A DNA stretch of 64,000 bases from an uncultured Acidobacteriota bacterium (GTDB lineage: Bacteria; Acidobacteriota; Thermoanaerobaculia; UBA5066; Gp7-AA6). The stretch spans positions 159,127 through 223,126 of the forward strand of contig CAWFIK010000003.1 of the NCBI GenBank assembly GCA_963815865.1. Direction: 5' to 3'. The notes below the pieces were generated by a model. The model did no database searches. It had not been told where the DNA came from and worked only from the letters and a program-made list of their open reading frames with translations. The translations under genes were made by a program, and so were the position numbers. Of this stretch, positions 38,572 to 48,784 are shown piece after piece (the first letter of the stretch is position 1; each line of letters begins with the position of its first letter).

Positions 38572-39036
38572 ATGACGGCTCACGACATCCCGACCTATGA
38601 AGATGCGCATCTCGTGCTGAAGCTGTACGAGCTGCGCCGCGAGGAGAAGCTGCGCGCGGCGCGCGAGTGGTTCGTCGGCAAGTTCTTTCCGCGCTCGGCC
38701 GCGGAGCTGGAGACGCTGTACTCCCTCCCCGGCATCGAGAACACGTATTTCCGGATGGTCACGTCGTACTGGGACATGGTGGCGTCCTTCGTCGCGCGCG
38801 GAGTCCTGAACGCGGACCTCCTGATCGATTCGGCCGGCGAGATGCTCCTCGTCTGGGCGAAGCTCGAGACATACCTGCCGGAGATCCGGGGAAAGGTCGT
38901 CTCGCCGATGTTCCTGTCGAACTTAGAAAAGCTCGTCGAGTCCTCCGCCTACGCCCGGGAGCGCCTCGGGGCGGCGCGCCAGACGGTCGCCCGGCTCTCG
39001 CAGCGGGCGCAAGCACAGGCCGCGGCGAAGCCGTGA
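38572..39036 (+). CDS. hypothetical helical protein, translationally coupled to the ATP-grasp gene
   Basis: gaggagga SD followed by ATG. 154 aa, all-helical composition. The stop overlaps the downstream GTG (GTGA). Confidence 0.7.
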   Translation: MTAHDIPTYEDAHLVLKLYELRREEKLRAAREWFVGKFFPRSAAELETLYSLPGIENTYFRMVTSYWDMVASFVARGVLNADLLIDSAGEMLLVWAKLETYLPEIRGKVVSPMFLSNLEKLVESSAYARERLGAARQTVARLSQRAQAQAAAKP

Positions 39037-40613
39037 GCGCGACCGGCATCTACCACCTCGGCGCCGCCGACCTCGGGATCTCCGACGCGGAGCTGCAGGC
39101 CCGTTTCGACCGGCTCCAGCGCAAGCTCGTCCCTCTCTGGAAGTCCATCAAGGCGATGAGCCAGGACCCGCAGACGATCGTCGTCGTTCCCTCCATGTCC
39201 CTCGAAGCGGAGGCGATCTCGGGGGCGGAGATGCTGGCCTACGAGGAGCGTTTCCTCTTCCTGCTGCTCCTGCTGCGGCAGCCGCGCGCGGAGCTCGTCT
39301 ACGTGACGTCGCAGCCGATCCACCCGAGCGTCGTGGACTATTACCTCGACCTGCTGCCGGGAGTGATCTCCTCTCACGCGAGGCGGCGGCTCTTCCTCGT
39401 GTCCCCGGAGGACTCCTCGCCGCGCCCGCTCTCGGTCAAGCTCCTCGAGCGGCCGCGCCTGCTGGAGCAGATCGGCTCGCTCATCCGGGATCGGGGCCGC
39501 GCTCATCTCGTGCCGTACAACACGACCTCGCTCGAGCTGCATCTCGCGCTGCGCCTCGGCATCCCGATGTACGGCGCCGATCCGAAGTTCTTCCCGCTCG
39601 GAAGCAAGAGCGGCTGCCGCCGGCTCTTCGCGGAGGAGGGCGTGCCCCATCCGGTCGGCATCGAGGGCCTCACCGGCTTCGAGGAGGTCGCCGGGGCGAT
39701 CGCGACGCTGCGCGCGCGCAAGCCTTCGATGAGGGCGGTCATCGTCAAGCAGAACGAAGGGGTCTCCGGCGAGGGGAATGCCCAGGTGGACCTGCGCGGG
39801 CTCCCGGCGCCCGGCCATGCTGGGGAGCGGGAGGGGATCCGCGAGCGGCTGCGCGGCATGCGGTTCGAGCTGGCGAGCCTGAGCTACGAGAAGTACGTCG
39901 CCAGGTTCCGGGAGCGGGGCGGCATCGTCGAGGAGCTGATCGCGGGGGAGGACCTGCGCAGCCCGAGCGTCCAGCTCCGCGTCACGCCGTTGGGAGACGT
40001 CGAGCTCCTGTCGACGCACGACCAGGTCCTGGGAGGGCCCTCCGGGCAGAGCTTCCTCGGCTGCCGGTTCCCCGCCGACACGGAGTACGCGCCCGCGATC
40101 ACGCGCGAGGCCGCGAAGGTCGGCCGCCGCCTCGCGAAGGAAGGCGTCCTCGGCCGCTTCGCGCTCGATTTCGTCGTTGCTCGGAGGGAGGACGGCCCCG
40201 GATGGGACATCAACGCGATCGAGCTGAACCTGCGCAAGGGAGGGACGACGCACCCGTTCCTGACGCTCCAGTTCCTCACTGACGGACGCTACGACCCCGA
40301 GACGGCGACGTTTACGGCCCCGTCCGGCCGGCGGAAGTTCTTCGTCGCGAGCGACCACGTCTCCTCGCCGCTCTACCGAGCGTTTGCGACCGACGACCTC
40401 TTCGACCTGGTCGTGCGCCGCGGCCTCCACTTCGACCAGACCCGCCAGACCGGCATCGTGTTCCACATGATGAGCGCGCTCGCCGAGTGCGGCAGCGTCG
40501 GCATGACCGCCGTCGGCGATTCCCACGCCGAAGCGGACGCCTTCTACCGGAAAGCCGTCGCGGCGCTCGACGAGGAGTCCGCGGCCGCGCTGGCGCCGCG
40601 CCCGCTGCCTTAG
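39033..40613 (+). CDS. ATP-grasp family ligase (PGM1-like peptide/carboxylate-amine ligase with pre-ATP-grasp domain)
   Basis: 526 aa. IVVVPSMSLE...YEERFLFLLLLLR...LVYVTSQPI N-domain. VIVKQNEGVSGEGN, VEELI, and AIELNLRKGGTTHP are typical ATP-grasp strands. The family name is from memory, not from a search. Confidence 0.7.
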   Translation: MSATGIYHLGAADLGISDAELQARFDRLQRKLVPLWKSIKAMSQDPQTIVVVPSMSLEAEAISGAEMLAYEERFLFLLLLLRQPRAELVYVTSQPIHPSVVDYYLDLLPGVISSHARRRLFLVSPEDSSPRPLSVKLLERPRLLEQIGSLIRDRGRAHLVPYNTTSLELHLALRLGIPMYGADPKFFPLGSKSGCRRLFAEEGVPHPVGIEGLTGFEEVAGAIATLRARKPSMRAVIVKQNEGVSGEGNAQVDLRGLPAPGHAGEREGIRERLRGMRFELASLSYEKYVARFRERGGIVEELIAGEDLRSPSVQLRVTPLGDVELLSTHDQVLGGPSGQSFLGCRFPADTEYAPAITREAAKVGRRLAKEGVLGRFALDFVVARREDGPGWDINAIELNLRKGGTTHPFLTLQFLTDGRYDPETATFTAPSGRRKFFVASDHVSSPLYRAFATDDLFDLVVRRGLHFDQTRQTGIVFHMMSALAECGSVGMTAVGDSHAEADAFYRKAVAALDEESAAALAPRPLP

Positions 40614-40692
40614 CTTCCGGTAGCCATGGTCGTGAGGCGCACGTTCGGGTCCGCCTGGCTCTGGTAGTCTGGCTTCAAAGGAGGACCGCTCG

Positions 40693-41073
40693 ATGACAAG
40701 GCGAACCGCTCTCCTCGCCGCGACTCTCGCCGCGCTCACTCTGTCCGCGTCGTTTCCGCCGTCTGCCGCTGCGTCGCCGGACAAGTCCGCTCCCCAGCTC
40801 GAGGTGACTTACTACTACCTCCCCACCTGACCCATCTGCGCGAGCGTCAAGCCCGCCGTGAGCGGGTTGGAACAGGATTTCCCCGGCAAGGTCAAAGCGC
40901 AGAATCTCGACGCGACGACTCCCGAGAACAAGAAGATCGTCAAGGAGCTCGGCTTCGGCTCCCACGGCCTCGTCATCCGCTCCTCCGATGGCAAGACCCT
41001 CTGGAAGCAGCCCGATCACGACGTGAACATGAAGGACGTCCGCAGCGCGATCAAAGACCTCCTGAAGAAGTGA
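40693..41073 (+). CDS. small periplasmic thioredoxin/glutaredoxin-fold protein; in-frame TGA at 40828-40830 (candidate selenocysteine, U-P-I-C)
   Basis: aaggagga SD followed by ATG and a signal peptide. LEVTYYYLPT-[TGA]-PICASVKPAV is in frame with ORF 40858-41073 (...HGLVIRSSDGKTLWKQPDHD...). A hairpin at 40850-40868 lies about 20 nt downstream. Confidence 0.6.
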
Positions 41074-41581
41074 GGGGTGTGAGCTCTCAAACGCTGTTCC
41101 CACTCGAGGTTCTCGTCGTAGAGAATCCGCCCGGAGTCGCCGGCGTTGCCCTCTGCGGCACGCGGCGGCCGGGCCGCACGGAGAACCTCCTGGCCGCCGC
41201 TCCGGTCCGAGGGCACAGAGGCAGCTTCGCTAGGCCAGGTTCCCGGTGTGTGCCCTCGGACAGGGCCGCTGCCGGGCAACGTCGTCGCCTCCGGGCTGCA
41301 TAGTGTCTGTTCGAGCCGAGCTTTAGCCCCGGCGGCGGGACGCCTCCCGGAGGCGGCCGTAAGTGAAGGCGCGCCAGCCGGGATCCTCTGTTGCCTCGCT
41401 GCGACTGCGCCTTCGCGCTAGAGCGACGGCCGGTTCTCCAGAAACGGCCTGCCGGAGCGTGCCGCCGTAGGGAGGCAGCCCGACGCCGGGGCGGGTTGTC
41501 AGCGGAGGTCCCGGATACGCTGAGAGCCGCATTGGCGAGCAGCCCAAGGGTCGCCCCGACAGTACGGGGGAACGACGGGAC

Positions 41582-42583
<1,002 letters not shown>

Positions 42584-42587
<4 letters not shown>

Positions 42588-43612
42588 GCGACCTCCCGCG
42601 CTGTCTGATCCAGTTGCGCGAACCGCGTGATCAGCTCCACCGCGCGGTGCGCGTATCCGTAACCGGCGTCGTACCAGCAGAGAGTCTTGGAGACCCGCTC
42701 GCCCTGGACCATCGTCGCGAGCGAGTCGAACGTGCTCGAGTACGTGCTGTAGCTGACGTCGCTCGAGACGATCGGCTCGACCTCGTACTTCACGACGTTG
42801 CGCCAGCGATCCGTCGCGGCGGCCGTGCGGATGACCTCGTTGATCGCCGTCTGCGAGACCTTCTTCTCGTACCAGCAGACGAGGTCCACGACTGACCCGT
42901 TGCGCACCGGCACATTCATGGCGTAGCCGCTGACCCGCCCGGCGAGCTCCGGCAGCAGCTCCGCCACCATTTTCGGCGAACGGGACTCCTGCGGGATGAT
43001 GTTCTCGGCCGCCGCCCGGCCCCGGCGCATGTCTTCGGCCGGCACGTCCGCCAGCCGGTGCTGGCTCGTGTAGGAGTGGATCGTCGTGAAGATCGCGCGG
43101 CGGATGCCGAACGCCTCGTTCAGGATCTTCAGGATCGGCGTCACCGCGTGGACCGTCGAGGAAGCGTTCGACACGATCCGGTGGCGGCTCTCGAGCTTCT
43201 CGTCGTTGACGCCCATGACGGCCATGAAGTCGAACGCGTCGAGCGGGGGAGCGAGCGAGATCACGCGTTTCGCACCCGCCGCGAGGTGCTTCTCCAGGTC
43301 CGCGCGCGTGCGGCTCTTCGACGTCGCCTCGATGACCGTTTCCACGCCGAGGTCCCCCCAGGGCGGCTGCTGCACGTCCTTCTCCGAGATCATCGGGACC
43401 TGTCTTCCGACGACGTAGAGGTTGCCTTCCTTGATCGACACCTCGTCGGGGAACCTCCCGAGCACCGTGTCGAACTTCAGCAGGTACTCGAGCCCCTTGT
43501 GATCGGCGATCTCCGAGATCGCCGCGATCCGAATGTCCTCGCGCTTGTAGAGGATCCGGAAGATGTTCCTCCCGATCCTTCCCAGACCGACCAGCCCGAC
43601 TCGTGTGACCAC
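42584..43612 (-). CDS. GAPDH-like paralog lacking both active-site cysteines
   Basis: GTG start after aaggagg. GLVGLGRIGR Rossmann motif retained. The catalytic stretch reads SNASSTVHAVTP where gap has SNASCTTNCLAP. The stop overlaps the gap ATG (ATGA). Confidence 0.85.
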
Positions 43613-43831
43613 CGGACCTCCTTGTCCCGACTCTCTTCTACACCCAACGGATCAAATCGACCAAGTCTGCCGGCGCGTCTTCAACCATACGCCCGCGTCT
43701 CCGATATCCCCTGAAGCGGATGTAGGATTTCCGCTCTCTTTTCACTTCTTTCGAAGAACGGAGTCAGGGGCGGAGTCCAGCCAAAAGGGGTGACGAAATG
43801 AACGAGCTGAGTGCCAGGAAGTCGTTGCATG

Positions 43832-43915
43832 CATTCTGAGGAGCGAAGCGACGAAGAATCTGCTCCGGCCGGACGAGGGAAACGGGGCAGGTCCTTCGCT
43901 TCGCTCAGGATGACA
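43832..43915. repeat. R1 palindromic repeat
   Basis: cattctgaggagcgaagcgacgaagaatctgctcc ... gtccttcgcttcgctcaggatgaca. Confidence 0.9.
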
Positions 43916-43987
43916 GAAGGAAAGCGCGACTTTCGACGAGGGGCGGACGAGAGATAGAGTTGCGCCCTGCGCAAGAGGAGGTCAGAA

Positions 43988-44749
43988 ATGAAAAAAAGAG
44001 GGATGGTCCGTGCGGCGTTCGATAAGGGGCAGATTCCGACGATCGCGTGTTTCAACAAGGCGAAGACCCCACTCGGGCTCGACCTGGACAAGCTCCTGGC
44101 GGCGCTCCAGAAGTTCGTCAACAACTGCGTCGTGCCGGTCTGGGGCACGCCGGCGAACCTCGTCCGCTCGACCGGGTTCGTCAAGGGCAACTGGGCGCTC
44201 GTCTTCCTCGACAACGCCGACCAGGCCGACGCCCTCGCCTATCATGACCTGACCCCGGACGGCTTTCCCGTGTCGAGCGTCTTCGTCAAGACGATCGCCG
44301 ACGACAAGTCCTCGCTGACCTCCGCGACCTCGCACGAGCTCGTCGAGATGCTCGTGGATCCCGCGATCAACCTCTACACGACGGGCCCCGATTCGAAGCT
44401 CGTCTACGCGTACGAGTCGGCGGACCCCGTAGAAGACCTCTCGTTCAAGATCGACGGGTTCGACATGACGGACTTCGTCTATCCCAGCTACTTCGAGGTT
44501 TTCCACAAGCCCAAGTCCACGCAGTTCGACTACATGAAGAAGGTCACGCGCCCGTTCCAGATTCTCTCCGGCGGCTACCAGATCGTCTTCAAGAACGGCA
44601 AGGAGAGCCAGATCACTGCCTCGAAGGCGAAGGGAAAACGCCTGAAGCTCGAGGACAAGCGCCACCACCGCAGCGAGTTCCACGTGATGCGCCAGCGCGC
44701 GAGCAAACCCTCGAAGCCGGAGTGGGGGAAGGTGGTCAGGAAGTTCTGA
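43988..44749 (+). CDS. hypothetical cytosolic protein (possible metal-binding HExxE site)
   Basis: gaggagg SD followed by ATG. 253 aa, no signal peptide. ATSHELVEMLVDP, with a basic C-terminal tail. Confidence 0.7.
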   Translation: MKKRGMVRAAFDKGQIPTIACFNKAKTPLGLDLDKLLAALQKFVNNCVVPVWGTPANLVRSTGFVKGNWALVFLDNADQADALAYHDLTPDGFPVSSVFVKTIADDKSSLTSATSHELVEMLVDPAINLYTTGPDSKLVYAYESADPVEDLSFKIDGFDMTDFVYPSYFEVFHKPKSTQFDYMKKVTRPFQILSGGYQIVFKNGKESQITASKAKGKRLKLEDKRHHRSEFHVMRQRASKPSKPEWGKVVRKF

Positions 44750-44773
44750 GCGGGAGGCGGCCCCGCGCCCCGC

Positions 44774-45124
44774 TCAAGGCACGCGGATGGGATCGATGTT
44801 CGTCCAGGGGTCGTTCGAGACCTGGATGTTAAACATGAGCGGCTGCGCGTTCGCGCGGGGATAGACGTAGAGCGTGAACTTGCCGGCCGGGATCTTGTAC
44901 AGGTAGTACATCCCATCCTGGCCCGAGTAAACCGTTCCCGACCAGCTGCCGGCCGTGCCCTGTCGGACGCGGACCGCGATGCCGCCGACGGAGTAGTCGC
45001 CCGATGGCCCCCGGCGCACGATCCGTCCGCGAACGTTGCCGGCATAGAGCGGCGCCGCGCCGGTGAGCCAGGACGCCGCCGCGACGGCGAGCACGAGAAA
45101 GAGCGCGTTCTTCCTGCGCGGCAT
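44774..45124 (-). CDS. small secreted carboxypeptidase-regulatory-like (Ig/transthyretin-fold) protein
   Basis: aggaggg SD followed by ATG 45124 and a signal peptide. GNVRGRIV...GIAVRV...SGQDGMYYLYKIPAGKFTLYV matches the CarboxypepD_reg pattern. Confidence 0.7.
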   Translation of the reverse strand: MPRRKNALFLVLAVAAASWLTGAAPLYAGNVRGRIVRRGPSGDYSVGGIAVRVRQGTAGSWSGTVYSGQDGMYYLYKIPAGKFTLYVYPRANAQPLMFNIQVSNDPWTNIDPIRVP

Positions 45125-45137
45125 CGTCAATCCCTCC

Positions 45138-45800
45138 TCATTTCACTTCGATCGTGCCGCCGGTCGCCGCGACCGGCACCGGCTGCTGGCCGCCCGTGTA
45201 CGGCGCGATCGGTTCGAGCAGAATCGGCGCCCTCAGCTTGATGATGTGCTTGGAGAGGTCGGCCTCCTGGTCCACCCACGAATTGCCGAAGTCGCACTGG
45301 CTCTTTCCGGTCAGGCAGAGTGTGAAGCCGGCGTATCCCTCGTGGTCGAAGACGACGTTGGGGAAGGTGCGCTCGTTCCCTCGCGCGAGGACCGGCACCT
45401 CGTAGTCGAACCCGCCGCCCGGCATCGATTGAAAGGCCGGCGGCACGAGCCGGACGCGCATGTCCGCCGGCGGCTGGTTGGGATCCGTCTTCGCAAGATT
45501 GACCGCGCCCTTGACGTGCCAGGTTTCGTACCGGTCGACCTGGAGGGCGTCCTGCTGCGCCTTCGCGATCTGCGCCAGTTGGGCCGTCTGGTCCTTGAGC
45601 TCCGGAAAAACGCGGAGCGCCAGAACGGCCATGACCGCGAAGTACCCGGCCGCCGCGCCGCCGAACTTGTAGCGCATCCCCTGGAACGTGCCGTCCACCT
45701 CGCCGGTGGAAGGGAGAACCTTGAAGAGGAGCACGGCCGGAATGAGAGGGAGCAGGATCAGAACCACCGTGATTCCCAGAGACAGAATTGTCTGGTTCAT
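45138..45800 (-). CDS. membrane-anchored hypothetical protein
   Basis: Two N-terminal TM helices (ILSLGITVVLILLPLIPAVLLF, AAAGYFAVMAVLALRVF) and a C-terminal beta-rich domain. 8 nt upstream of the next gene. Confidence 0.6.
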   Translation of the reverse strand: MNQTILSLGITVVLILLPLIPAVLLFKVLPSTGEVDGTFQGMRYKFGGAAAGYFAVMAVLALRVFPELKDQTAQLAQIAKAQQDALQVDRYETWHVKGAVNLAKTDPNQPPADMRVRLVPPAFQSMPGGGFDYEVPVLARGNERTFPNVVFDHEGYAGFTLCLTGKSQCDFGNSWVDQEADLSKHIIKLRAPILLEPIAPYTGGQQPVPVAATGGTIEVK

Positions 45801-46284
45801 GGAAAAACGCCCGTAAATCCGACGGGTTTTGTCATTTGATTTTGCGGCCCGGTGATTCTCCAACCCTTCCCGGCGCTTGTCAAATCCCGTCCTCGCTCGG
45901 TCGTTGTACCTCGCGAGTTATCCGCCCCGGCGTCGGGCCCGCCTCCCTTCGTCGGCACGCGACGGCCCTGCGGCGATTAGAGCACCGGGCCGTCGCTTGT
46001 CGTTCGGTCGCATTCGCAGCGAGGCGATTCTTGATCTGTGGTGTGCTCCCTCTCTCACGCCTCCTCCGGGAGGCGTCCCGCCGCCGGGGCTTCATCGTGG
46101 TTAAGGCGAGCTCTGAGTCCCGGAGGCGGCGGCGTTTCCCGTAGTCGGTGATGGGTGACGAGCACGGAAGAGCGCGACCGGCACCGCGGTGCGACTGCGA
46201 GGAACCCTCAGCGCCGGCCGGTTCTCTCCATCACGGCAGGCCGGCGCGTGCCGACGGAGGGGAACGACGCCGGCTTCGGGGCGG

Positions 46285-48660
46285 CTATTTGAGGAAATCG
46301 CCGATCTGGTCGATGGTTTTCGACGGGACGAAGTCGGGCTTGAGGTAGAGGTTCGAGAGTTTGCCCGGATCCACGGGGGCGAGGTCCGCGGCCGGGATCT
46401 TCGTGTTGCCGTGCCCCTGCTTCCAGGCGCTCTCCCAGATCATCGCGAGGGTCTGGGCGCCGCGCGCCATCACGTCCACCGTCTTGTCGGCGAAGCTCGT
46501 CCAGAGGTCGGTCTTGTCGTTGAACGCTTTGATGATCGCCGCGGGCTTCAGGTCCCGGAAGGTCTGGTCCATGAGATTCACGATGGCCACGGCCGCGCCG
46601 TGGCCGCTCGCGACTGTCTTCGGCTTGCCGGGCGCGCCGGGCGGGAGCCTTGCGTTGAGCTTGTCGATCAGCTCGACAACGTGGGTGTTGAGCATCTTCG
46701 TCTCGTAGGCGCTGTGGACTCCGGCGGCGCGGGGGACCTGACGCGGCTGGCCGGCTTTGTCCGTGACGGTGACAGTGTCGGCCGGATCCCCGTCGAACAT
46801 GTAAGAGATGTGGAGCGGCTGGCAGGCGTCGCCGACGTAGTGCGAGAGGAGGCCGGCCGCGCAGAGGAAGGGGACGACGTCGCCGGCATCGAGCGCGGCG
46901 ACCATCGCGAGATAGATCTGCCAGACACGGAAGGGGAGGCACCCGCGGCTGCCGTCCTTGACGTCGTCGTAGTACGCGCGCCAGACGTCCACGTTGACCT
47001 TCGCGGAGTTGATCTTCCCGCCCGCGGCGCCGCCGCCTCCGCAGATCTGCAGCAGCGTCTTCCCCTTCGAGTCTTTCTTGTCCATGTCGGCGAAGTGGTT
47101 GGGGTGCTCGGGAGCGCCGCGCCTCCCGGCGCCGAACATCTTCCAGATCTTGTCGGGAACGTCGGCGAGCGGAACGAAGGCCGCCTTGCTCAACCCCTTG
47201 AAGGTCGAGGGGCGGAGGAGCGCCTCCTCGTAGGAGATCCGGTCGAGGTTCTTCGTCATGAGGGTTTTCAGGCCCGGCGCAGACACCTGGAGGCACGCGA
47301 GCGCGGCGATCGTATAGTGCCCGATGTCTCCCCAGTACTCCGGAAGCCCGGAATTCCAGTCGCGGACGAGGTCCACGTCGAGCTCCCGGCAGACGGTCGA
47401 GAGGCACGTCGCGAGCGCGTAGCTGTGTGCCGTCGTCTTCGTCATGCCCTCTTCGACGGCGACGTGCCCGCCCCACTGCAGCGCGAGCGGCCGCAGCGCC
47501 GGTTTTCGGGGCTTCGGCCTCTGTTTCGCGCCCGCCGGGTCGTCGGCCGGAGGCTGCTCGAGGCACCAGATCGTTCCCGAATCGCCCGGGAGCGTGCCGG
47601 GGCTTCCGCCGCCCGGGAAGACCGGGGCGCACTTCTCGACGTCCGGCCCGGCGTTCCTCATGTGGCGGCATTGGACCCTCGGCCCGATCAGGAGATCGGC
47701 CACATAGTCGATGCCGCCGACCGATTTGTATCGATAGAAGAGGGCGTCGATCTGTCCCAGGAGCGGTCCGGACGCTCCGCCGAACGCGCACACGGGACAT
47801 CCGATCAAGTCGAGCGTGATCGTGTCGGTCGTCAGGTCCGCGGGGCGGTCGAGACTCCCGAGGCCCACGACCTGCGTCGTCCATTGTGAGACGTCGTCCA
47901 CGCGGACGAGCCCGGCGTCGAGGTTGGAGAGGACGTGCGTGCCGGGCCACCCATCGTAGGCATCGGCAAAGGGCTTCTTGGCGATCTGCTTCCGGTCGCT
48001 GACGCCGATGCGGACCTTCGTCTCGCCGAACACGGAGTAGATCTCGCGCCCTTCTTCTCCCGTGACGTGGCGATTGGTCAGCGCGTAGATCTGGTTTCCG
48101 TCGGTGACGAGAGAGCCGACGGAGCCCAAGTGCTCGCGCCCCTGGACGTCGCTCGCGAGGAGATAGCCCCCTCCGATGAGGCTCTTCGGGAACGACAGCT
48201 TCCGCGCGCTGTCGAGAGGCGCGTCCTCTTCCGTCACCTGAATCACGCAGGTCGGAATGACACGGCCGTCGGAAAGGTAGAGCGCGCGCGGGACCATCTG
48301 ATCGGGCTCGAAGAGGCCCGAATGCCGCCCCTTCTTTTGTCCCTTCTTCGACCCGAACTGCTCACGATGGATCCAGTCGTTGACGAAGACGAGCACGGAC
48401 GGCCACGACCAGGGGAGGACCCGCGAGTTCTCGAGCGTCCGCGGAAACGCCGGCGGCCTGAAGTCGTCGGGCTGCTTGACGTTGGGAGGATGCGTCTCGA
48501 ACCAGTCCCCGCACCGGATCCGGTACCGCCCGATCGCCGTCGCGATCACGTTGGCCAGGTGAGCCAGGTGGACGTGGTAAGCGTCTCGAGCCTCGAGCAG
48601 GTCCTTCACGGAGAGCGAGCTGTAATCCCGCTTCGGCGGAAACTGAGTCAGAGCGTCCAC
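46285..48660 (-). CDS. fusion protein: chymotrypsin-fold serine protease domain + zinc-dependent phospholipase C / S1-P1 nuclease superfamily domain
   Basis: No signal peptide. Protease triad contexts are ALTNRHV (His198), LDAGLVRV (Asp), and TLPGDSGTIW (Ser361). The C-terminal half has WGDIGHYTIAALA (Trp443; compare P1 WGALGH), HPNHFADMD, HYVGDACQPLH, and GVHSAYE (compare PLC HSKYE). Confidence 0.8.
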   Translation of the reverse strand: MDALTQFPPKRDYSSLSVKDLLEARDAYHVHLAHLANVIATAIGRYRIRCGDWFETHPPNVKQPDDFRPPAFPRTLENSRVLPWSWPSVLVFVNDWIHREQFGSKKGQKKGRHSGLFEPDQMVPRALYLSDGRVIPTCVIQVTEEDAPLDSARKLSFPKSLIGGGYLLASDVQGREHLGSVGSLVTDGNQIYALTNRHVTGEEGREIYSVFGETKVRIGVSDRKQIAKKPFADAYDGWPGTHVLSNLDAGLVRVDDVSQWTTQVVGLGSLDRPADLTTDTITLDLIGCPVCAFGGASGPLLGQIDALFYRYKSVGGIDYVADLLIGPRVQCRHMRNAGPDVEKCAPVFPGGGSPGTLPGDSGTIWCLEQPPADDPAGAKQRPKPRKPALRPLALQWGGHVAVEEGMTKTTAHSYALATCLSTVCRELDVDLVRDWNSGLPEYWGDIGHYTIAALACLQVSAPGLKTLMTKNLDRISYEEALLRPSTFKGLSKAAFVPLADVPDKIWKMFGAGRRGAPEHPNHFADMDKKDSKGKTLLQICGGGGAAGGKINSAKVNVDVWRAYYDDVKDGSRGCLPFRVWQIYLAMVAALDAGDVVPFLCAAGLLSHYVGDACQPLHISYMFDGDPADTVTVTDKAGQPRQVPRAAGVHSAYETKMLNTHVVELIDKLNARLPPGAPGKPKTVASGHGAAVAIVNLMDQTFRDLKPAAIIKAFNDKTDLWTSFADKTVDVMARGAQTLAMIWESAWKQGHGNTKIPAADLAPVDPGKLSNLYLKPDFVPSKTIDQIGDFLK

Positions 48661-48784
48661 GCGCCCTCCCGGTAAGAGAAAGAGACTACAGGAATCCCGC
48701 GTGCAGGTGGCGCGGAGTCCTTACCCCCGGAACAAATCTCCCTCTCCTCAGGTAGGATCGTCCACACCTCACGAGGAGGCAAAG

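Noticed and set aside
41080-41580. Tried to identify this spacer as RNase P RNA, tmRNA, SRP/4.5S RNA, a TPP riboswitch or a cobalamin riboswitch.
   Set aside because: The universally conserved blocks are absent on both strands: GGAAAGUCCGGGC and ACAGAACCCGGCUUA for RNase P, the tRNA-like ends for tmRNA, the GGAA-tetraloop helix 8 for SRP, and CUGAGA...ACCUGAUCUGG for TPP. The region is kept only as an unnamed candidate.
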